Made by a program: the position numbers and the translations under genes
The notes under the pieces: generated by a model
Told to the model about the DNA's origin: nothing
The model's database searches: none
The model's input: only the letters and a program-made list of their open reading frames with translations
In this document: positions 27,524 to 38,067 of the stretch, in pieces
Numbering within the stretch: position 1 is the stretch's first letter
How the letters are laid out: the number at the start of each line of letters is the position of its first letter
DNA from: Lingula anatina
Taxonomy: Eukaryota > Animalia > Brachiopoda
Length of the DNA: 64,000 bases
Assembly (NCBI GenBank): GCA_051362555.1
Contig: CM120645.1
Coordinates: forward strand, 11,470,001 to 11,534,000
Direction: 5' to 3'

Positions 27524-29467
27524 ATGTACTTACAAAAACCTTGAAGAATATTGCCTCTTAAAGTGTCAAACAAAGAGAGAAAAATGTTACCCACAAACAC
27601 AGACCCAGGCCAACACAATTTCATCCTAATCACCACCCTGACAGCACAAACGTCCACTTTACCTGAGGAGTCATGGTTTGTGTACTCATACAGCTTGCCC
27701 CACGTCCCGTTAGTCTCCTTCCATATAATAACCTTCCTGTCGTAGCCACAGGAGGCCAGCAAGTTCCCAAACATTGGGTGTGCCCAGGCTATCTGCCATA
27801 CTGGACCTTCATGTCTGGAATATAATAACATATTACTTATAGGCCTTATTCCCAACTTAAGTTACTGTACTAGCTGGATTGAACTATCTCAGCAGGGATT
27901 CTTGCTAAGAAACAGTCAATGTATTCAGCTAAATTGTTATTTACCCCCAGATTCTCCAGTGGGGGTGTCCAACAGTGCTGATTACATTGACTGTGGCCTA
28001 GCGAGAATCCTCCCTGATACATCGATTCAGCTAGTACAGTAACATTTATTGAGAATACGGCCTACTAGACCATGCAAATTTTGTCTCAGCATTCTCTCAT
28101 GATGGAGCTTGGTATGTTATGACGATTACCATTCAGTGGATAGACCTGTGAAGCCATTTTTGAATCCAAATTTCTATAATGAAGAACTTGAACATCCCAT
28201 TATTTCCAATTGGTTCTCTTACCCTCTGAGATCTGCTATAAGAGTCTGCTGTCCACTCTTCACATCAAATATCTTCACACTTCTATCTGAGGAACACGTG
28301 GCTAACTTTGTTCCATAGTAGTCCATCTGAGCATCATGCTGTAACACACCATGGAAATGTAACCGTTTTCATAGTTTGATCAAGAAAAAACCATCCTGGT
28401 TCAGGTGGGAGATTGGTATTTAAGGTCACGGATGTGTTTTATGATCTTCAAAACATTTAATTGGAACTGCCTTGGAACAATTGTCCAAGAAGGTATTCAA
28501 AAATTTATCTTAAAGCTGTTCAAAATCAGAAAAAAATTTATTTATAATGATTTAAGTAATTTTTTTTTTTACAGTAGTAATTGATATTTACTAGTTTGGA
28601 ATTCATCTAAGAGACAATAAACAAAATAATACAGTAGTACGCTAAAACTATGCACTTTGAATTTAAATAAATTAAGACATGGGAATATAAAGAAGAGTGA
28701 GGCAACATACACATCCAGTTACAGCACATTTTAAAATTCTGAAACTATTTGGAAAAATGAATATCCACCAAATTTTCTTAACTTAAAGTTGTACTGCAGA
28801 TAATATGCATCTAAATTTCAAGAGAAAAATGGTCACATTACTGTATTATTTTTTAAATATATATCACGCAAATTACTTACAATCATATCTTCATGAGCAG
28901 TATCCACTGTATTTATGACGGAAACCTGAAAAATTTAGCAGCTTCTTTGAATTTAAAAGGCATTTTTCCTATGTTCTCATCCCATAAGACACTGGTATCT
29001 TATGCCAGATAATTTAAACTGCTAACATTTCAGATGAGATAGATCAACTCAGCTAGCAGAACAAGTGCTATTCTGAACATAACCATACGAATTATACACG
29101 TGCATGAATGCCATGTTATTTGTAAAAGTACAGTACCATACTGCACGCTCGTCTTCGACAAATGTGACTAGTAAAACGATCTCTTCACACCCAAAATTGA
29201 TACTTCAAATGGGGATTCTTGTACAGTAATTCCCAAACCAACTGTGCCCTTTTCACTCTCTATTTGCGAGGCTGAAAATTTCTGTTTAACCAAACCATTC
29301 TGGCATTATAATTTTTGTATAAAAAAAGTGGCAGTGTTTAATATGACAACAACCAGTCATATTTTTGATCGTGACGGAAAACTGATAAAGTTTATTTTTC
29401 AGTGTCTTATTTTACACTTATTAATTCTGTGGCAAAAGTCGGTGAAAATCGAGGTAAAACTTACCAT
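20116..29467 (-). CDS. SEC13: protein transport protein SEC13 (COPII/nuclear pore/GATOR2 WD40 subunit), 316 aa
   Basis: Exons 29467-29465, 28925-28881, 28338-28223, 27814-27663, 27222-27133, 26792-26749, 26049-25916, 25007-24887, 24709-24566, 20217-20116 (951 nt). Translation [42 protein letters not shown]...[22 protein letters not shown]...[18 protein letters not shown]. Confidence 0.97.
20472..24360 (+). mobile_element. Helentron/HINE-like non-autonomous element with internal satellite array, copy A (SEC13 last intron)
   Basis: Starts aaaacaag with subterminal atgtacagaca (~20496). Contains ~6 tandem 161-162 bp units (~23300-24255), a (GACGGC)n microsatellite, and a 3' hairpin tatgtacagacac-atct-gtgtctgtacata followed by an A-run. 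An inverted homologue is at 32094-35707. Confidence 0.75.
21043..21270 (+). mobile_element. small element nested in HINE copy A
   Basis: aaaactagaaaagcactttgagagtgcagacctctgccaagg ... acagacaaac ... ccttggcagag (subterminal inverted repeat). Absent from copy B. Confidence 0.6.
26087..26348. mobile_element. MITE with CACT terminus (CMC/EnSpm-like) in SEC13 intron
   Basis: cactgcgaaaatttgtctcattt ... aaatgagacaaattttcgcaggg, a ~23 bp inverted repeat. Confidence 0.7.
27840..28064. mobile_element. fold-back MITE (PIF/Harbinger-like) in SEC13 intron
   Basis: taggccttattcccaacttaagttactgtactagctgg ... tcagctagtacagtaacatttattgagaatacggccta, long imperfect inverted arms. Confidence 0.7.
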
Positions 29468-29866
29468 TATGTTTTGTTTCTTCTCCCGAGCCTTGTCAAA
29501 TGGCTGTACGTGGCCGGCTGCCTCGTTTTGAAATCATATTTTGACTAGTTCCGGCCAAGCCGTACACTACGTTTAGTGCCCAATGAATTTTGTGTGAGAG
29601 AATGAAACATTTTTCTCATGTAACTTCTTATCAGTAAAATTAGATAAATGTTCATAATTTTATATCATATAAGTTGATGATCAAACATATTTATAGCTTT
29701 GTTTAATTTTTATGCATACACAGAATAATGGAACCAACCGTAAAAACATCGCGGCGTGTTGGCGAAAGCGAAAGTTGTTACGTTCCTCGCACATTAATTT
29801 TTGTGCTTGTGTTCACAAAGATGCCCTTGGAATTTTTGTCTTGGATATTATGCGTTAGATCATAAG
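29468..29866. promoter_or_regulatory. probable bidirectional promoter SEC13 / HEPN-NACHT gene, with IRF-element match
   Basis: Divergent genes and locally raised CpG content. Candidate non-coding first exon ending at AAG|GTATAT (29866). GAAAGCGAAAGT at 29764-29775 fits the IRF-E consensus GAAASYGAAASY. Confidence 0.5.
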
Positions 29867-30645
29867 GTATATATATGTCATTTGCATTATTTGCTAGAGA
29901 GTTTATTTCACATGTGGCCCTAAAATGGTGACTTAAAGTACTGAATTGATCAAAATTTTCAAAAAGTGACTTCCTTGTTCTCAGATATGTTTAACTAAAA
30001 GTGATTTACCATGTTATGTATACATGTTGTACATTTTTTTTTTACTTTTGAGTTGTCTTCTGTTACACTGGGAAAGTCATTTACTAGCTCTGCATTGTTT
30101 GAAGGTGTGACTAAAGATGTCAGAAAAATTAACTGGATTTTGATAGAAAAAAAAAAGGTACTGATAATTTTATCTAATATACTTTATTTATTGAAATAAC
30201 CGCATTCAGTGTACTAATGTAGCTTTTACACATACAAAGCCCATTCTCCGCATGCTCGTACGTATGTTAAATCTAAAGGCAACCTAACTATAACAATGTT
30301 TATTACTGTATACTTAGTAAACTTATGCATCTTGGAAGACTAGTATTCATATAGTGAAAATCGTTTTACGTGGTTTTCAAAAGGTCCACAGACCTGCATT
30401 CATGACCTCTTTCTGGGCCTTTTATTTATTTATTTTTTTTTTTTCAGTAAAGCACCATCTCATGTTAAATTTCTAACTTTTATCTGATTTTTCAACTATT
30501 TCATATGGGAGGGCGCTTGTGGATGGTATTTAGTGCTTGTGGACGGTTGTGGTCGGTAATTAGGTACACTGTTGTTTGAAGTCAGTACTGTACTGTAGAT
30601 GTGTTCATGCAAATGCAGATTTTATGTTTATAATTTAGGTGAAGG

Positions 30646-33600
30646 ATGAAGTATTATGCGAAGATAAGTTGTCTCCTCATTAATCATGGGGCAGAGGCAC
30701 AGAGAAATTACTTCAAAACTCACATCCTTGAACCTGCTGGAAAGACTTTAGGAGAGCTGTTTGCCGCCAATAGAACACTGCTGGATGATCTTTATTATGG
30801 GTCACATAGACGTCCGGGGTTTCTATACCAAAGTCAGTATGAGAAGATATTCCCTCAAAGCAACCAAGATCCAGAGTTAAAGGAGTTTGATATCACACTT
30901 CTGTTCCTTCTCACACGTCAACTGCATCCGCAAGGTCCAAACATCCCTGCTCCAAATAACAAGGCTTGGGATTACCCAAACAATCAATGGCATTCACAAC
31001 ATAATGTTCCAAGAAAAACTAAGGCAATAATTCTGATAAAGCATGAGCGCAATGAGCTTGCTCACAGGAAAACTACAGACATGGAAGAATCTGACTTTGA
31101 ATGTTTGTGGAATAGACTATCTAGTGCCATAGTGGAGGTAGGAGGGATGTCTCAAGAAGAAGTCACAGAATTACATGATAAAACTATTGAACCAGAGAGA
31201 GAGGCACGTTATTGTATGTCTTTCCTGAAGGAGTATCTAGAGGAGATAAATATAATGGAAATGATGGAAAGCGAATTTACTAGCCTGAAAGCAGATGTAG
31301 CAGACAAAGTGGAAATTTTGAAGAAAGGGATCTCTGAAATGATGCAGTACTTGGAAGAAGTTTTACATGCTCAGAGTCCAACGTTTATCCAAAATATCAG
31401 GCAACAGCAGTCAGTGACCATACACAACCACTATTTTGAGAATGTTCCTTCAAGCAGTGAAACCCAGCCCAGTGATGCATCTTCTGTTGCAATAAGCTCA
31501 GAGAATACTGGTGTAGGTAAGTGTGCCTTTCAAAGATGAACATTTATTTTCCTGATCAGTTATTCTGCAGATCATCTGACTGTGTTCTGAATCAGAATGC
31601 ATTCTAAAATGCATACAATGTGTAGATAAGCATAGAGTACAATGTATAAATTATAATGCTTTATAATTTTCTGTTTCAGATTAGATAACAATAATATTAT
31701 TTTCTTCTTGATTTCAGATTCAGATCATCACAGGTGGACTAAAGAACTGAGTATTTATTACATTCAGCATTGTCAGTATTTGAAGTGGCCAATCTTCCAG
31801 AAGCTTGTTATCCATGAAATTTTTACTGAGATTGACATGTCAGATAAGTATGGGTAAATATAACAAGCTGTCCCTCATAACAGTATATTACACCATGTTA
31901 AAACAAGTTTGATTTCTTTCCAAACTGTGTCTAAGATATTACAACAGGAAAATAAGACATAGCAGCTGACATAGTATGATGCATGATTATAGCTGGTAAT
32001 TAATTAAGTTTACATTGAGACATCATCATTTCAGTACAAATTTATCATTAACCATATACATTGCAGAGATAACACTGCTTTTAGGTCCCTCCCATTTTTA
32101 TGTACAGACACAGATGTGTCTGTACATATAGCCATCATCTGCGTCTGTCGTCGCCGTCGGCGCCGTCGTCGGCGCCGTGCACTTTTACCGATAACACGAT
32201 AAGTGGAATACTGTTTTTTCTTTTGGCTTGAAACTTACAGAACTGATGAAAATCAGCATGATCGGGTCACTTTTAGGGAATTTATGCTGTTTTTTCACTT
32301 TTTTCAGCATATATGCAGCCCCGATAACACGATAAGTGGAAAACCATTTTAGCTTTTGGCTTGAAACTTACAGAACTGATGAATATTCATAATACGCAGG
32401 TTAAGTTCGAAAATCAGTGTGATTGGGTCATTTTTAGTGAATTTAGGCTGTTTTTTAATTTTTTTCAGCATATATGCAGCACCGATAACACAATAAATGG
32501 AAAACCATTAAACCTTTTGGCTTGAAATTTACAGAACTGATGAATATTCAAAATAGGCAGGTCAAGTTCGAAAATCAGCATGATCGAGCCACTTTTATGG
32601 AAGTTAAGCTGTTTTTTCACTTTTTTCAGCATTTTTGCAACACCGATAACATGATAAATGAAAAACTGTTTTACCCTTTGGCTTGAAACTTACAGAACTG
32701 ATAAATATTCATAATACACAAGTCGAGTTCGAAAATCTGCAGGATCGGGCCACTTTTATGGAAGTTAAGCTGTTTTTCCCCTTTTTTTTCAGCATACATG
32801 CAACACTGATAACACAATATAGGAAAAACAGATAGGCCAATTGTCATTATACTCACAGGAGTGGTCAATCTTACTAAAATGCAGGTTTAGTCCGAAAATC
32901 GGCATAATCGGTCCGTTATTTTAGAAGTTATGCTGTTTTTTCACATTTCCTCAGATTCAATTCTTAGGCATGTTAACAGTGTCATTATTGAACTAATAAG
33001 ATACGTAAGTGTGTTTGTTTGGCATTTCCTGCATCTTTACAACATTGTTAGTTGATTTTGTAAAAATGATGGTAAACTTGTTATCGTGTATTGTGTAATA
33101 AAGTGTCAAAAATGAAAATAAACACATATCATTGCAGTTTGTCAGATTCAATCATCCACTATGTTCAGAAACTCATAATGGAGGAAATTGGACATATAAC
33201 ACTGTTCTATTGATAATTTTCCCATCACATCAATTTTCTTAGTTTGTCATATAAAAATGGCAGTAAACTGTTTATTTTGTTTTATGTTAAAAATGGAAAT
33301 AAACCCATATCAGAACAGTGCTGTCTTGTTTACATTTTGTAATTTTCAAGGTGTGACTTTGAAGTTCCATGGGCCTGTAGACCTTTGCTTGTCACGTTTT
33401 CTGAATGTCCATGTTACTAATATTTTATTATGAAAATTTGATGGTCATTATGCTGTTAAACATTATGTAATGTTGCATCAAAATTTAAAGAAACCCCTAT
33501 TTATGGCACTGCTTCCATGAAGACCATTTTAGGAAAATCATGTCACTTACTGTTCTCAAACTTACAGGAAAGAAACATGGGACTAAAATACAGCTTCAGT

Positions 33601-36600
33601 AGGCAATGCAGTCTGTTTGGTAAATTTTTCTGGCAATTAAACAATTTTTTTTGTGAAAATTTAATTTTTCACTTATTGGCATTTTCAAGGTGTGACTTAG
33701 AACCTCCACAGGCTTGAAGACCCATGCTAGTCACATTTTCTGAAAATCCATGATACTTGTATTTTATTATTAAAAATTGATGGTCATCATGCTGTTAAGC
33801 ATTATGTAATGTTGCATCAAAATAGAAGAAAACACAATTTTTGGTGCTGCTGCCATGATGACCATTATGGGAAAACCTTGTTACTTATGACTGTCAAACT
33901 TTCAAAAAAGAAACACAGGACTAAAATGCAGCCTAAGTTGGAAAAGCAGTCTGTTTAGCTTCTTTTTCTGGAAGTTATACATTTTAGTGAAATAATTATT
34001 ATTATGTCTTTGGCATACTCATTGTGGGACTCGTGGCTCCCATTGACATGAAGCTGAATGGTAATCAACTTTTCTACATGTCCATGCTATTTATAGTCAA
34101 TATTTAAAAATTGGTAATAATTATTCTGTAATTTTTTATGAAATGTTACATCAAAATTGACTAAAATCTTTTTGCACTGCTACTGCAAACAATATGAATA
34201 GAAAACTTATTATTATTTTTAACTTACAAGTATGATTTTTAGGATTGGAATGAACTTCAAATAAGAGAGCCAGCTCAATTGTGTTATCATTTTTATTAAA
34301 TTCATGAATTTTTTGTGAAATTTTCATTTTTCTCATTCTGTCACTTTCTAAATGTAATCTTGAACTCTGATGGGCCTGGAGCCTTATGCTTTTACTTTCA
34401 TCAGTGTTACCTGTTGTGCATAATTAAAATTTGATGTTGACTGTACAGTTAAACATATTGTGTTGTTGCATCAGAGTTGGCAGTCTCCTGTTTTATTTTG
34501 TGCATTATTTTTTTCTGCTTTTCTTTTAGTGTGACTTATGGGCCTGAAGACCTTGGATAGACAAATTTGTGTGGTCAGTCTGTAAATTCCCTTTGGGTAT
34601 TCACTAGGCTAATTTCAGTGCTATAAACTCATTTGCCTAATTAATCAATTAAATTAGGCCATTAAATGAAATTTCATAAAGCACCCTTGTTGATATTTCC
34701 CTGTAAACTCCCAAAGGTTAAGCTCTCTGCCAGATAACATATCGTCCATAATAAGGAAGCAATAGCAGCTTCATTGGAATTATATTTTTTTTTTTCTTTT
34801 TAATTTTTTCTCCAACACTGGCATTTTTAAGATGTGATTTTTAACTCCCATCCACAGGGCCGTAGCCTCCGGGGGGGCAAGGGGGCAGCTGCCCCCCCCC
34901 CCCCCCCCTGGGATTTGAGGTGCAAAAAAAAAAAAATAATAATAATAATAATAATAATAATCAAAAAGGTAAAAAAATAATTGCAAAGTTGATGTAAATT
35001 CTTTGAGAAAATGCACTCATGGCCACTAGACAATCATTCAACAATCTGTTTACAAAGGTGTACTGTTTTTAGCAAACTCAGTTCATGCCAATGCACCAGA
35101 ATGCAGTATTATACATACAGTTTTTAAAAATTTTCCACACCCTGGGAGGGGGACAATCCCTCCCACACCCTACCCCCTCGGGGGGCTTCGCCCCCTCGTG
35201 TCCGCTTACTGCCCCCCCTGGCATTTTGCTCAGGCTACGCCCTGATCCACCTGAGGCTCTGCACATTTTCAGTATTTCCACATAAGCAGTTGTATTGGTA
35301 TTTATGTCTTTAAACACGCTGCAATATTATTTCATGCACTGTCATCTTTTTTCATATATTGGGACTTTCATCATGTGAGTAATCTTATTGAAGGGGTGGA
35401 TTGAGACCATCTTCTGGGTCTCCTGGAAGACAGTCAGATTTTAAAGTTTATATTAACCGGTTTCTGTTGGAAGACCATCAAAATGGAGGATGGATCAACA
35501 AGGATACTTTGGAATACTGTCAGAAAATATCTCTGGATCTGCATCTGTTAGTGACCATGTTACCTGTTGTGCATGATTATAGATTAGCGTTGCCTGACTG
35601 TGCTATAATAAGCATACATTATTGCATCAAAATTGACAAAATGACCTATTTTGCATCTTTTTTTTCTGTTTTTTGTCTGTACATTTGACAGCTCTGCTAC
35701 CTTGTTTAATCATTGTTTTCACTTCATTCAGACTAACACATTGATTTCATTTGGTAGATCATTCAAAATTTTTAGCCCTGAGTTGGATATATTCAACAAT
35801 ATTTTGTTTTTTTCCATATGTCACAGTGCTAAACCTGGGATGTTTAGAACATCATTCCCTCTTAGACCATAGATTGATTCTCTTCTCTGAAAGAGTTCTG
35901 ATACTGCAGGAGGTGCAAGGCCATTTACAACTTTATTTATTTCTGTATCCTTAGCCTACTGATGTGAAGAGTACTTAATCCTGCCAAATTCAGTAGATCG
36001 TGGTAAGAACTAGCATAGTCGGTATACACAAAACAAAGGCCCCTTTCTTGGATCTTTTTTAGTTTTTTTTTTTTTATATTGGCTTCCCTGCAAAAATGCC
36101 ACACGAGTGCTCAGTGGGTAGTAATTAAAATTTGACAGAGCAAAATGTCTGAAAATGCAAAGTTTACATGGAACATTCAGATATGATGAGAGTCTTCTTA
36201 GTACATTTAACTGGCAGACACTTTTCTTGCAAAGTTCAAATATATGCTTATCAAATGTGAGCTGTGAGTCAAAATATACTCCTAATAGCTTGACACTTGA
36301 CTCTGACCTTATGCATTTGCCATCAAAGATAAATTCATCAGATACTTCTTCCTGCTTTTTTCGTATGACAATGATTTGAAACTTTTCTGGATTTGCTTCC
36401 ATTTCATTTGATGTAAAACAAGTCTATTGCATTTTCTGAGTCTGCTTGAAGATCCTGTTTTAGGGTATCCAGATCAGAGCTAGATGTAGCTATTGTGTTG
36501 CCATCCGCATATGATAATGATAGACCCCATTCCCAGAAATTAGATGGATCCAACTAGATTGACCTACTCCCTGTCCCACTGCCAGATATTTGACCATGTG

Positions 36601-38031
36601 GTTGATTTGCCAGCTCCTCCAACAAGAATTCTAATAGAAGGTCAGAGCGGTAGTGGAAAGACTGTACTTGCCTCCGAGATTGCCTTGGACTGGGCTTACT
36701 ACATGAGAGACCGGAAGTATAACTATCACACTGATGGCAGTAGGGAGCTTGAGATCAAGAACTATGTGGAGAAATTTCATTATGTTTTTTTGTTGCAGAA
36801 CATAGATGTAGAAAAGTCAATAGAGGAACATATCTTTGAATTAAACCATTTATTCTCAAAACCCATTGAAAAGCAAGAAATTCAGTCCATTATGCGTATG
36901 ATAGAAAGATGCCAGGAAGATGTCCTTTTCATTGTTGATGCTGATGAAAATTTGTTGCATAAACATAGTGGTGGTGTATATATGTATATATTTTGAAATT
37001 TGCTTTGATTTCTATGTGATTAGCATTTACATGTACATGAGTACTGTAATAAATAGATTTTTTTTCTGTAATTTACAAAATTCAAAGTCATTCCCCATAA
37101 ACAGCAAGGTTATTTGTGAGGGCCATTTTCTTAGTACCAGTACCATCCAGCCCTTGAAAATACATAAAATAACCCTTAAAAATAAATCCACTGGAAGCTG
37201 GGCACTGAGAGCTCTCATCTATAGATAACACAGTCCTTAAAACTACTTTATCAACAGAAATTCCCAGGCTCTGTATTGTGTCTGATAGCTAGGTTCTTAC
37301 TGCATGATAGTCAGAATTTTTTATGAGTTTTAAAATTATTTCCTTACCCAGTGTTATTTTGCATAACCTAATTTTGTAGTATTTGTTTGTTTATTGTCCC
37401 TGCACTTATGTGACAAAAGTTGAGGAACCTGTTTTCTAGCCCATCCATGGTTCTCCTGAAGATATTTTTGAATGTAGAAAGTCACTGTTCCTTAGGGACT
37501 GTGCACCATTTTTTAAATTATTATACCAATTGTCCACCAAGGAATTATAATGAAGTGAAAGACAACACTGTAAGGCCCCATTCGGAATGGAGTTCTTACG
37601 GATCCACCAACTAAATGTGGCTGACCACGGTTCAAAAGCGATGGGGCTAATTCTTGAATGATGGTCTCCCTGACTCAATCCACACGCGCCTTTAAATGGG
37701 TTAAATCTCTGCTCTGAGGTTTATTTGCTAGGCCCCTGCAGCAATGGTGCCTGTGGAGGCCGGGAGACCATCGGGAAGCAGAGGCATCTCTTCTGAACTA
37801 CATCTGAATGGGGTCTAAGTTTTGAAGTAGTAACTAGATCTATATATATCTAGATCTTCATCTGCCTCCTTGATGTCTTTTCAAAACATCATTTCTGCCA
37901 TGCACACCCTTATACGTACCCCTTTGCTATGGGCATATTTTTTTAGATTTTAGAATTTTTTCATGTCCAGAATAAGATTGGGGTCATCACCAAATTTTGG
38001 AGATCAAGTCCAGATACCAGTGCAACGATTT

Positions 38032-38067
<36 letters not shown>

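Noticed and set aside
36544-36996. 150 aa P-loop ORF as an independent gene
   Set aside because: Its start lies in a MITE terminus and the body is a truncated duplicate of the NACHT exon.
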